A DNA stretch of 64,000 nucleotides from the human T2T-CHM13v2.0 reference genome, Homo sapiens (GCF_009914755.1 NC_060946.1); one strand, 5' to 3'. Counted from the first letter of the stretch, positions 1 through 13,598 are shown. Program-made: numbers and translations. Notes: generated by a model from the letters alone, not told the origin.

Positions 1-157
1 GTGCGGACCACCACGCCTGGCTAATTTTTAAGTTTTTTGTAGAGATGGGGTCTTGCCATGTTTCCCAGACTGGTATGGGACTCCTGGGCTCAAGCAATCC
101 TCCCATCCCAACCTCCCAAAGTGCTGGAATTACAGTCATGAGCCACCAGGTCTGACC
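1..157 (-). mobile_element. Alu (partial, antisense), COMT intron 1
   Basis: Reverse-complement Alu left-arm sequence (ggctaattttt...ctcccaaagtgctggaattacag...gagccacc). Confidence 0.85.
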
Positions 158-289
158 ACATGTTTAACTTTTTGAAGAACTACCAAACTGTTTTCCACGG
201 CATTCACACCAGCAATGCAAGAGGGTTCCCATTTCATCACATCCTTGCTAACACTTGTTATTTTCCTTAAAAAAAAAAAAAAAAAAAAA

Positions 290-603
290 AGCCAGCTGGG
301 CACGGTGGCTCATGCATGTAATCCCAGCACTTTGGAAGGCCAAGGGGGTGGAGCACTTGAGCTCAGGAGACTAGCCTGGGCAAAATATCGAGACCCCACC
401 TCCACTCCATCTCTACCAAAAAAAAAAAAAAAAAAAAGCTGGGTGTGCGGTGGTGCACATCTGTCGTCCCAGCTACTTGGGGGGGCTGAGGCAGGAGGAT
501 CCCTTGAGCCCAGGAGGTCGAGACTGCAGTGAGCTGCGACCGCGCCACTGCACTCCAGGCTGAGCGACAGAGTGAGACCCTGTTTCAAAAAAACAAAAAA
601 AAA
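290..603 (+). mobile_element. Alu, full length, old (AluJ-like)
   Basis: Has the GCTCATGCATGTAATCCCAGCACTTTGG left arm, an A-rich linker, a right arm and an A tail. Confidence 0.9.
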
Positions 604-2826
604 GCACATTTCAAACATACACAAAAGCAGAGAGAATTCCCCTCGGTCCTCCGGCCTGCACCCCACCGCCCCCCACCACAGGGGCATTCAAAACTGTCTT
701 TTTGCCTCTCTGTAAGGTAAGGGGGGACTCTTGACGCTCCCCAGACCACACAGCCAAAGTAGGGCGATCGGATCATAGGGGGTCCCGAGTCGGACACTGA
801 GCTGGCGTGCCCACTCTCGAGTCCTGGGACCCCAAACTAAAGGAGCTGTTCCTTTTCCCCATGGAGGGCTGACGGGGCAAAATCCCAGGGCTGGGAACAT
901 CCGAGCAGCTTTGAGTAGCACAGGTGGGTTTCTACGTGGCTTTCTTTAAAGGGAGGCCTGATTCTCGGCTTTTCAGGACCCGCCCTCCATTTTCTCACTT
1001 GCCTGCTCTTTCGTCCTGCGAAACTGGGCAGTGGCCGGTGACAGCGCAGGGTCAGCCCTCGGATGGCCAGGTGGGCGTGATCCCACCCTCCTCCGTGGCT
1101 GGGTGGGCGTGGTCCCAAAGTCAATTGGATGTGGTCCCGCGTCCCTCCCGGCCCAGTGGGCGGGGCCTCCCCTTCTGGGGCCTCCCATCCCACACCAGCG
1201 AGCAGAGAGGAGGGTGGGCGGGGAGGCCCTACGGGGCTGGGGCGGGGCGGAGCGGAGGTGGTTAGCTGTCGGGAGGTGGGGTGGGCAGGGGCCAGGGCTC
1301 TGTTGGTGGCCCGGGGCAGCCAGTCCCTCTGCTCAGGGCTTCAGTTCACACTCACAAGGGAATCCCAGCGCTCTTCTCCTCTGGCGGTTGCTGGAGGGCC
1401 TTGTGAGGTGGCCGTGGGCACTGTAGCCCCCAGGCACTGCATTGTGGCCTGGGCGTGTTGGCCTTTGAGCCTTTGGCCTTGAGCACTTCCCCATCCCCCA
1501 TGGCTCTTGGCCATTGGACCCCAGTTGGCCACAGAGCCGCGGGCAGGTGGGACAGGCGGGCACTGGGTGCCTCCTTGCACCAGCCAGGCCCAGCCTGCAG
1601 AGTGGAGTGGGCCGGTCCCTCCTGCCAGGCAAAGGAAGGGGGCTTCGGGCCCCTCCCTGCTGTGGCCTCCTCCCCTCTGCTGCCTCCCACTAGGCCCTGG
1701 GAGACACTGCCTGCAGATTTATGAACAGACAGACCTAGAGATTAGAGATTCAAAAGCCAAATTCTTACACAATTCAAGTATTAACGCAGATTTGGATTTA
1801 TAATTTGGGACTCCAAGGTCTACCAAGTAATTTGCTGTTTCAGAATAGCCCTTTTAATTTGGGGTATATATTTCTAACACTGTTTTTTAAATATGGAGAG
1901 TAAACAAAATGGCCCATTATCTGACCACACAAATACTAGTAGTCATTATAGATAAACCATAGCAGATAAATAATAGTAAACAAAGCAACAGGCTGTGTCA
2001 TAGGAAATCCCCACCATGAAGAAAGGAGCAAGGTGGAAAGTTCTGGCTGCTTCAGGTCTGCATGGTCCCTCTCCACCATGGTTCCCCCTGTCATCTTCCT
2101 GCCAGAATAAGGACACTGTCCTTAGGGAAGCACCATCTCTTGTTTTTTCCCCACGAGCCCTGTGGGTCATGGCACGTCCTGCCCCGCTGGGAAACACAGT
2201 GGGCCACGGGTTTCCCTGCAGGCCTGGGACCCTTCCCAAGGGTAGCAGCAGAAGGCAGCACGATTCCCACTCCTGCAGCTGTGGACAGGGGCACCCCCAC
2301 TGTCACTGAGCCCTGCACCGGGTTCCATCACCTGCTCGGGGCTCTGGCCTTTGGCCTTTTCCTGTGAGCTGCATGTTGGCCACTGTGACCTATCTGTCTC
2401 ATCATCTTTTTCTTACTGGTTTGTGTATGTTCTTGGTAAACCAGCCCTTGGTCTTACACATCATTTCCAAGGTACTAAGGACTCTTCAGGGGAAATACAA
2501 CTTGAGCAGAGTGGTTCCCTCCTCTTGTGGTTCACAAGGTGCAGGTGCACACACACATAGCCCACAGGGCAGTGTGGACAGGGACCAGGAGACTGCCCCT
2601 GGGGTCCCTGGCTGGGGGACACTAGTAGGGATGTCCCTTGGCCTCTCTGAGGCCTTCTGCTGTCTCTTCTGAGGCCGGAAAGGCGAAGCACTGCCCTCGC
2701 CCTGCTAGGGAAGGCTCAGGCCAGGCTGGCCCTATCCGGGGAAGGGGCTCAGGTATCTGGACCTTGGTCATCGCCAGGTTAGGGTTTATGTTGATGATTA
2801 TCCAAAGGCAAAATTGATTTCCACAG

Positions 2827-2917
2827 AAATAACATCTGCTTTGCTGCCGAGCTCAGAGGAGACCCCAGACCCCTCCCGCAGCCAGAGGGCTGGAGCCTGC
2901 TCAGAGGTGCTTTGAAG
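2827..2917 (+). other. COMT: COMT exon 2 (non-coding, 91 nt, MB-COMT 5' UTR)
   Basis: Flanked by ttccacag| and |gtgagt. Sequence recognised as the COMT mRNA 5' UTR. Confidence 0.85.
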
Positions 2918-3899
2918 GTGAGTTGGCCAACGGAAGCCGGGGCAGTGCCAGGGTGGGTACAGATTCCGGCCCGGTGCATGGGCACAGGTCTGCTGAGCAC
3001 ATGTCCACTCTGCCTGTGTAAATAGGCCACATGGCCTGAAATCCCCTAGAAGCCTGGTGTCCGCATGACCTCCCCCTAGGGCGGAGCCTCTGCTTCCCTG
3101 TTCTCTTCTGCTCTGTCCTCTGGTGCCCTGAGGCTGGCCTCCAGGGGTGTCCCCTCTGTGGCCCTAGGCCTGCCTCCTTGCCTGGGTGTGCCTTTCTAAA
3201 ATGGAGCGTCCAGCAGAGAGTGGGATCTCCTATGCCACTGGGAGCCCAGGGCCCCATCCCAGAAAGACCTCTGAGTGAGCACAGGGGCCCTAGAAGAAGT
3301 TTCCTTGTGTCCTTCCCGTTTTAGGGTCTGTGACCTGAACCCCTGGGCTTCTGCCTCAGGCCTCCTGTGCTCTGCTCTCTGCCTGCTGGGTCCCCTCACC
3401 AGGCTTCTGTCTGGTTCCCAGGCTACCTGCCTGGAGGGTCACACCAGGAGGATTTCAAACAGGTTTCAAGTGGGGTCACTTGCCATCACTGTGCCCCACG
3501 AGGTACACTGTTGTGGGCGGCAGGGCTGGCCTTTCTCATCTGGGACATGCCACGTTGCTGTTCCCAAGGGGAGTGGTGAGTGGGTCTGTCCTGGTGTGCC
3601 TGGCCTGGGGACTGCCAGTGTCCTTACTTGGACACTCAATGAAAAGGCCACATGAATCCCTGGGGCGTCCAGAGCATGGGTGACCAGCACGGGCTCACCA
3701 CATGAGGCCAAGGGGCTGCACCATACAGCCTCTCCTTTGGCCACCCGTCACTACCCCCAACTCCGGGCCATGGGGCTTCCCTACCCCTGGGTGTCCTCTA
3801 AGCCAGCTGGGAGACAACAGCCTGAGTCCGTGTCTGCTTCTGTATTTTGTGTGGTTTTAGAGGATCCCTGGGCTGCCTGGGGAAGCACCCAGGGCCAGG

Positions 3900-4613
<714 letters not shown>

Positions 4614-5030
4614 TGATGACCCCTGCAGGCCCTGCTGCCTGCTGCCCCAGGACAACAGGCCCCCACACTCACAGGGTCTGACGGTGGTGCAGTTCCCCTT
4701 GAACTCTGTTCTGGCCACCATGGGACCTGCCTGGGGACCAGTCAGACAGGTTCTCCTGGGCCCGCCTCCCGCTTGAACTTCAGCCTGGGGCACAGGATGT
4801 GTTACCGGGCTCACGGAGTGACTCAGGGAACTAGTGCCGCCCCAGGGCCCCAAGGTGGGCGGTTCGGGGATTCAGAGAGGGCAGCTCTGTGTTAGGACAC
4901 ACTGGGGCCAGCCAGGAAGGGTGGAAAAGATAGGGACCAGCGTGAGCATAGAGGCTAAGGGACCATGGGAGCTCCAAGCGCGCTCACAGTGGGGACCAGG
5001 TCCTGGGGGCTGGGGACACCAGGGAGGTGA

Positions 5031-5790
<760 letters not shown>

Positions 5791-5795
5791 TCCAG

Positions 5796-5927
5796 GTCAC
5801 CCTTGTGGTTGGAGCGTCCCAGGACATCATCCCCCAGCTGAAGAAGAAGTATGATGTGGACACACTGGACATGGTCTTCCTCGACCACTGGAAGGACCGG
5901 TACCTGCCGGACACGCTTCTCTTGGAG
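5796..5927 (+). CDS. COMT: COMT exon 5 (Mg-binding DHWK region)
   Basis: Translates [44 protein letters not shown]. Flanked by ccag| and |gtgagc. Confidence 0.98.
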
Positions 5928-6857
5928 GTGAGCCCCAACCAGGATGGCATCCGTGCCAGCTGCTGCCCAGAGCCCATTCAGTCAGCCTCAGCCTCTCCAA
6001 AGAGCCAGGCATTCCAGTAGAGCCCTGTGTGGACACAGCTCGCTCTGGAGGCACCACCTGAGGTCTGGGAGTGTGGGGGACTGAGGAGGCCCTGTGGTGG
6101 GTGGAGATGGGTGGGGAGCTGGGCCAGGGGCCTGGCTGGGTGGCCTGTTGGGAACTGGGGAGCCAGCTGCCTGTGCAGGTGCAAAATGGGTGGCAGAAGT
6201 GGGGTGCACACCCCAGACCAGACACCAGGGCAGAAACGGCACAGGACCAAGGAGATGGGGTGGGGAAGGGCCACTCTGGGCCCAGCCTGCTCTCCCCCAA
6301 GCAAGCCACTGCTCGTGCAAAGAAAGCATGTGTCTCCTGCAGATCTTCCTCCTGAGGCCCCATCTTGTGCATTCCCCCAACCCAGCCCCACTGGCGAGGA
6401 CCCTGAGTGCCCCGAGTGAGGCTAGACAGCGGGTGGGGCTGTCCTCGCTTCCCTGGGGGGCGTGGGGCACTGGTGGCCCTTCACAGACTGATGCTTAAGG
6501 AGCCTCACATCAGTGACACACTGCCCCATCCCTCCCTGGTGGTCAGCGACACTGAGTGGCTCTGTGATCCTCCACTGGGCTTGGGACACCCACCCTCACG
6601 GCCTCCCCACCTGGTGCTCGCTCACCTGCAGCTCTCCCAGAAACTGGACACTGCTGTTAGCAGCCGGACTAGGAGCACGAGGGGCACAGCCCCCATGCCT
6701 GGCTAGGTAGGGCCGCTGGACCCTGGACACGGATTGGAAGGAACCAGCACTAGCAGAAGCCTGAGGTGTGAAAGGGCAGAGAATGTTCCAGGAACAATGG
6801 GAGTCAGGGCACACAGGACTTTGGGCAGGTGAGGATGAGGTTAGACCTGTCTTCTGG

Positions 6858-7268
<411 letters not shown>

Positions 7269-8085
7269 TATTCCAGCTTTTAAAACAACAAACAACAACA
7301 AAAACTTTTCTGGAAAGATCCCTGTCAGCCTTGTGGAGTGTGGAGAGGGCTGTGGGGAGGGCATTTCAGATGCCCTGAACTCACGAGGAGGCACTGAACC
7401 CTGGCCGTGGAGAGGGAGGACCTGTAGTGGCCAAGGGGGTGGGCATTGGGAGGGTGGGAGGGAGACCTACAGGCCAAGACAGGGTAGCTGGAGGGGGGCT
7501 CACCCCTGACAAAGGAGCATGATGCTGGCAATTGGGTATTGATGGCAGAGAGCTGGCACTCAGCCAGATGGGCTTCACTTGGGCAGGAAAGACACCCACA
7601 GCTGGGCCTGCGTTACTGCGGCCGAGTTTCAGCAGCTGTGATGTGGGTGCTAATTACAGGGGCCTGCCTTCATAGAAAAGTAGCAAACATTGCAGTTTAG
7701 TAACTAGGAAACTAATAGTTTTCTCAGTGCTGCTTGCGCAAAGCTGGTAATTATCTCAAAAGAAGCAAAGTCATGAAGTGGGAAGTCATGAATTGGGAAT
7801 GGGTGTCCTTGTTAAACGCACATCTGCACACTCAGGGCTGGGGCCCTGTGCCCCCTTGTGGAGGGTTAGGGGACAACCTGGCTCTTGTGAGGGTCTAGCC
7901 ATCCCCTCAGTGGGTTCTGTGAGCATCGGAGGCACGGGGGGTGAGGGGCTCAGGAGCAGGTTGCAATTCAAAATCAAGGGCTGCTTCGAGGAGGCCTCTC
8001 CACCGGGCTGCTGTAGTCACCAAGTCCAGCCCATGCCCAAAGGAAGAGGAATGAGTTCCCCCTTAAAAAAAAAAAAAAAAAAGAA

Positions 8086-8350
8086 AAAGACAGAGTCTTG
8101 CTCTGTGCCCAGGCTGGAGTGCAGTGATGACATCATAGCTCACTGTAGCCTCAAACTCCTGAGCTCCAGTGATCCTCCCACCTCAGCCTCCTGAGTAGCT
8201 AGGACTAAAGGCATGCACCACTACACCTGGCTAATTTAAAAATTTTTTGTAGAAATGGGGTCTCCCTATGTTGCCCAGACTGGTCTCAAACTCCTGGCCT
8301 CAAGCGATCCTCTTGCCTCAACCTCCCAAAGTGCTGGGAGTACAGGTGTG
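8086..8350 (-). mobile_element. Alu (AluJ-like), antisense
   Basis: gacagagtcttgctctgtgcccaggctggagtgcagtg...cccaaagtgctgggagtacagg. Confidence 0.85.
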
Positions 8351-8372
8351 TGCTTGGTCTGAGGCTCCAACT

Positions 8373-8458
8373 TTTTGTTGTTGTTTCTCGAGACAGTCTC
8401 TCGCTCTGTCGCCCAGGCTGGAGTGCAGTGGCGCGATCTTGGCTCCCTGCAACCTCTG
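8373..8458 (-). mobile_element. 5'-truncated Alu fragment with 13-bp target site duplication
   Basis: TGAGGCTCCAACT at 8360-8372 and 8459-8471 flanks an antisense Alu 3' end. Confidence 0.75.
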
Positions 8459-9849
8459 TGAGGCTCCAACTCTTGAAGGGAGGAGAGTCTAAGGAGGGTG
8501 GGCCAGATGAAAACCACCTCAGCATAGTGTCACCTGCTCCTCTGACACTGTCGCTTCTCCATGGCATTAGATTTTCAGTCCTGCTCAGACGCTGATGCAT
8601 GTTTAGCCAGTTCTCCAGGTGGTCTGAGTAGCTGGTAGGAGGCTTGCAGTGTCGGGCGACAGGCAGGACAGGTGCTGCCTTCTTTCCCCTCTTGACCAGT
8701 TTCGTAAAGGAGTGGGCCCCTGGCAGCCTCCAAAGGTGACCCATGCTCCTTTCTGCCCTTCCCTCCTTCTTTCCTGTTTAACTCGTGCAGGTGCAGTGGT
8801 CTGGTGTCTTTCAGTCCGCTGACGTCTTCTGTATCCCTGATGACCAGATTGGGCTCCTGAGTCCCCTGGCGCAACCCGAGAAGTCCAGGAGCCCAGGCCC
8901 CTCACTCATGCATTCCCTGGCCCAGACTGGAAGGCAGCCGCCCTGCTCAAGGCCTAGGCCATTGTCCTCCTCCCGGGTGGCGCTTTGTTCTACGTCTTTT
9001 CAGCTGACATTGCTAGGACATTTTTTTTTTTTTCTAAATGAAAACACATCATGATTCATGGTGGTACTTCCTGCTCAACTCCGGACCTTGGGGCTGTCCC
9101 CTGACCTCACTGACCTTGCAGCCGTGTGGTGTCCATACTGTCACATGAAAGCCCCCTGCTTTCTCTGCAGCATACAGGCTGGAAACGACCGCCACCCACC
9201 ACCAGGACAGCTGCAAGCCCTGTGGGACTCTCCAGGCCCATCCCAGAGGCATGTGGGGTCGGATACCAGTGTTTCAAGGCACCTGCCTGCAAATTGATTT
9301 TATTATACTTTAGATGTTTGAGATTGCTTGTTAACTTTTGTTTGGTGACTAAGTCAAATTTCCAAGACAAGGTGACTGGGGTGTCCCTTGCCCTGGTAGG
9401 TCCTTCCTCCCCATAGGCAAACACTTCCTCTCAAGGTTTCTTGTTTATGTGATGTAAGCAAACCCTTTTCTGATAGCATAGATAGGCAAGCATCCTATGA
9501 GGTTTCTCCCGATAGTGGACCCCACGGGCCATGCCCTATGGCTGCGTGTCCAGTAACAACTCCTTCCTTCTGCACAGAACCCAGGCAGAGGAACTCTGTG
9601 TCCTCCCAGGGCCCAGGCACTGGTGAAGATGGGGGGTCTGCAAATGCAGGAGCTTGGGGATGTCCAGAACTGACCCCAAGGGGCAGGCTTGTTGATGGGA
9701 GGTCTGCCCCACCTCAGCCCTGCAGGGTCACCCTGGTCAGGCCAATATTGTCTCCAGGGACCATACCAGCAACCCCTCTCCTTGGGTGCCTCTCCTTCAT
9801 AGGCCTGAGTTCCTGGCACTGGGTGTTGAGGGCCCCATTGTTTCCACTC

Positions 9850-9975
9850 ACCCAGCTAGCATTTATTGAGCACCTACTGTGTGCCACATGCTGTTCTAAG
9901 GGATGGATACTCCTGAGATGGATACAGGAGTTGATGAGAGAAAGGTCCCTGTCCTCACGGGGCCCATGTTCTGAA
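9850..9975 (-). mobile_element. L2 3'-end fragment
   Basis: gcatttattgagcacctactgtgtgcca is the typical L2 terminal motif. Confidence 0.55.
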
Positions 9976-10162
9976 GGTGGCACCCAAGTCTTGTACAGTC
10001 CTTTCCTGCAGGAGTCACGCTGGGCAGAAAGTGGAAACCTGGCCCCAGGGGCTAGGCACAGGCGTGGTGCCGTGGCCTAGTGAGGAGCACCCATCCTGGT
10101 TTGGGGCAGGTTCTCTGGGCACCTCTGACCCTCACCTCCCCCACCCCCCGGTCTGTTTGCAG

Positions 10163-10363
10163 GAATGTGGCCTGCTGCGGAAGGGGACAGTGCTACTGGC
10201 TGACAACGTGATCTGCCCAGGTGCGCCAGACTTCCTAGCACACGTGCGCGGGAGCAGCTGCTTTGAGTGCACACACTACCAATCGTTCCTGGAATACAGG
10301 GAGGTGGTGGACGGCCTGGAGAAGGCCATCTACAAGGGCCCAGGCAGCGAAGCAGGGCCCTGA
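10163..10363 (+). CDS. COMT: COMT exon 6, coding part to TGA
   Basis: Translates [66 protein letters not shown]. Exon sum 289+194+132+201 = 816 nt = 271 aa. Confidence 0.98.
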   Translation, partial: ECGLLRKGTVLLADNVICPGAPDFLAHVRGSSCFECTHYQSFLEYREVVDGLEKAIYKGPGSEAGP

Positions 10364-10579
10364 CTGCCCCCCCGGCCCCCCTCTCGGGCTCTCTCACCCA
10401 GCCTGGTACTGAAGGTGCCAGACGTGCTCCTGCTGACCTTCTGCGGCTCCGGGCTGTGTCCTAAATGCAAAGCACACCTCGGCCGAGGCCTGCGCCCTGA
10501 CATGCTAACCTCTCTGAACTGCAACACTGGATTGTTCTTTTTTAAGACTCAATCATGACTTCTTTACTAACACTGGCTA

Positions 10580-10660
10580 GCTATATTATCTTATATACTA
10601 ATATCATGTTTTAAAAATATAAAATAGAAATTAAGAATCTAAATATTTAGATATAACTCG
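10580..10660 (+). terminator. COMT: AT-rich COMT proximal polyadenylation region (variant hexamers only)
   Basis: AT-rich block with AATATA (10616-10621) and TATAAA (10618-10623). No AATAAA present. Confidence 0.45.
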
Positions 10661-11534
10661 ACTTAGTACATCCTTCTCAACTGCCATTCCCCTGCTGCCC
10701 TTGACTTGGGCACCAAACATTCAAAGCTCCCCTTGACGGACGCTAACGCTAAGGGCGGGGCCCCTAGCTGGCTGGGTTCTGGGTGGCACGCCTGGCCCAC
10801 TGGCCTCCCAGCCACAGTGGTGCAGAGGTCAGCCCTCCTGCAGCTAGGCCAGGGGCACCTGTTAGCCCCATGGGGACGACTGCCGGCCTGGGAAACGAAG
10901 AGGAGTCAGCCAGCATTCACACCTTTCTGACCAAGCAGGCGCTGGGGACAGGTGGACCCCGCAGCAGCACCAGCCCCTCTGGGCCCCATGTGGCACAGAG
11001 TGGAAGCATCTCCTTCCCTACTCCCCACTGGGCCTTGCTTACAGAAGAGGCAATGGCTCAGACCAGCTCCCGCATCCCTGTAGTTGCCTCCCTGGCCCAT
11101 GAGTGAGGATGCAGTGCTGGTTTCTGTCCACCTACACCTAGAGCTGTCCCCATCTCCTCCAAGGGGTCAGACTGCTAGCCACCTCAGAGGCTCCAAGGGC
11201 CCAGTTCCCAGGCCCAGGACAGGAATCAACCCTGTGCTAGCTGAGTTCACCTGCACCGAGACCAGCCCCTAGCCAAGATTCTACTCCTGGGCTCAAGGCC
11301 TGGCTAGCCCCCAGCCAGCCCACTCCTATGGATAGACAGACCAGTGAGCCCAAGTGGACAAGTTTGGGGCCACCCAGGGACCAGAAACAGAGCCTCTGCA
11401 GGACACAGCAGATGGGCACCTGGGACCACCTCCACCCAGGGCCCTGCCCCAGACGCGCAGAGGCCCGACACAAGGGAGAAGCCAGCCACTTGTGCCAGAC
11501 CTGAGTGGCAGAAAGCAAAAAGTTCCTTTGCTGC

Positions 11535-11540
11535 TTTAAT
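11535..11540 (-). terminator. ARVCF: ARVCF polyadenylation signal ATTAAA (second copy at 11598-11603)
   Basis: TTTAAT on the + strand, in an AT-rich block at the end of the last exon. Confidence 0.65.
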
Positions 11541-12276
11541 TTTTAAATTTTCTTACAAAAATTTAGGTGTTTACCAATAGTCTTATTTTGGCTTATTTTT
11601 AATGCTTTTTCTCAGTGTTTTTCTTCTGTTTCTGAGTCACGAACAGCAGGCACTGAAAGCAGTCCCCCAGCCACTGCCGAAGGTCAGTCCCGGAGGTGCT
11701 GCCCAGGCTCCAGGCAGATGCGGCAGCCCCGGCCCCAGCCAGCATGGGCTGGAGAAAGGCTCTCTACTGCACAGGGGCCTCACGTGACTGCAGGGCTCTG
11801 GGGAGGTGGGGCACCTGTAGCCTGACCCCCACCTTGCTGCTTCCAAAGCTTCCTTGCCCAGGGCTGGGCCTTGTGGGGCACCCCCCACACTGTGGTCTGC
11901 CTGCCTGCAGGGTGCCCAGGGAGACCCTCCGCCTTTAGGAGTCCAAGTTCTTTCCCAGCCCCCTCCCTGCCTAGCTGCCTGCCCCTGGCGCCAGACCTGG
12001 CCCGCACCACTGGGGCACTGTGTTCCCAGGGGCACCCTCCTATCCCACCAGCCCCAAAGCCCAGCCAGGCACCCTTCCCTGCCACCTCCCTGGGCCCTGC
12101 CCCAGCAGCCCAGTCGGCCTCCTCGAGCCTTCTGTCACTCGCTCACACACAGCACCATGTCAGTAAACAGCTAACTCAGGCCTAGGGAGTTAGGTAGGAT
12201 GGGGGGAGTGGGGTGGGGGGGCAGGAGGGTGTCCCCAAAGTCAGGCTTGGCTGGGGCGAGGCGCTGCCAACCCCTG

Positions 12277-12290
12277 CCGCCAGGGGGCTC
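12277..12290 (+). promoter_or_regulatory. Candidate CTCF core motif CCGCCAGGGGGCTC
   Basis: Close match to the CTCF core consensus. Motif only, no binding evidence. Confidence 0.35.
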
Positions 12291-12854
12291 CAAGCTCCAC
12301 GGCACGATCTGCTCAGGGTGGCCCTTCTTCCACGATCCAAGCCCTAAGAACAAGAGGCTGGGCCTGGGCCCTGCAGAGGGAAAGGGGATGGTGGACGCTG
12401 CAGCCACTGAGTGGCACAGGACCACGTGTAACCTCAGGGCAGGGCAGCCAACTCCACAGGCTACATGGATGGAGATGTGGATAGAAGCATCTGCCCTGGG
12501 TGGTGTGGGCTGACCCCAAGGGTCTTGGCACCAGGGCTGATCCTGACTTGCTGGTCCCCGAAGGGCGTTGGAGGGTATGGTGCCCATCCCTACTCTGGTC
12601 CCATTTCCTCAGGCCCCTGATCCCACAGTGCCTGGGACAGGGCTGTGGGCCCAGGGAGCACCCTCCCTCTCTGACCTCTGCCTGGTCTTTCCGGGAATGG
12701 GCCACTGGGCTGCTGGACTGGAGGCCAAAGTCCTGCGGGGAACGTGCGGGAAGAGCAGAGCGTGCAGGCAGCGGAGACTAACAAGAAGCCCTGGCCCAGA
12801 GGGCAGGAACAGGTGGACGAACAACCAGATGAGAGAACGTACCAGGCATGCAAG

Positions 12855-12962
12855 CTAGACCCAGGAATCAACGGGCTGAGGCTTAGCGTCCCCTACGGCG
12901 TCCACCAGCCTGACCGCGGGCCTGCTGGGCCCGGGGGGAGGGGCCTTCCTGCTGGGGTCGAG
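12855..12962 (-). CDS. ARVCF: ARVCF exon 19, coding part (exon runs to 12843); PDZ ligand DSWV*
   Basis: Translates LDPSRKAPPPGPSRPAVRLVDAVGDAKPQPVDSWV-TAG. Total CDS 2889 nt = 962 aa. Confidence 0.93.
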   Translation of the reverse strand, partial: LDPSRKAPPPGPSRPAVRLVDAVGDAKPQPVDSWV

Positions 12963-13512
12963 CTGCAGCGCACGGGTGGGCATTAGAGGCACAATAGAGC
13001 AGGTTAGTTAGAGCTCCTGGGGGGACAGGGCAGGGGCAGGGCCGAGGCTGGCGATGTAAGGGTTGGCCTGCCAGGACAGCACAGGTAGCACCAAGGGCGC
13101 AGGGAGCCGGAAACGTGTGGCTCACACGGGCCCAGGACGGGCACGTGCACACACACAGGCCTGCACAGGAAGCCAGGGGATTGGCACACAGCAGGCAGCA
13201 GGTCCTGCCATCGCTGGTGGACCCTGGTGGGCTCTCACACGCACATGCACAGAAGGGTGCACACACACTAGCTCACAGGCTCTGGCCCATGCAGGGTGTG
13301 GCCGGGCAGTGTTGTCCCCAGTGGGTGGGAGCTGCAAACTTGTCAGTACCCACAGACTGACTGGCGTGAAGGGGCTGCTTCCTGGGCTTGGCCCCACAAC
13401 CCAGCTGTACCCCAGGGCCCAGACCAGACCCAGCATGGCCTAGGCTGCTCTCCAGCAACCCCTAGACACAGGGCCTCACCGGGGACCTGCCCACAGCCAC
13501 ATGACCACTTAC

Positions 13513-13598
13513 TTTCAAGGGTTCCTTCTCAGAGGCCTCTCCTGCAGAGCTGGCGCCCCGTGGCCTCCGCTCCCTCTGGTCCACCGTGGAGTATCCGT
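13513..13598 (-). CDS. ARVCF: ARVCF exon 18
   Basis: Translates DGYSTVDQRERRPRGASSAGEASEKEPLK. Flanked by ctacag| and |gtaagt. Confidence 0.92.

Larger units (their letters stand above)
11515..12370 (-). other. ARVCF: ARVCF exon 20 (3' UTR terminal exon; 3' end approximate)
   Basis: Acceptor ccctttccctctgcag| on the - strand at 12371-12372, with a downstream ATTAAA. Confidence 0.8.
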
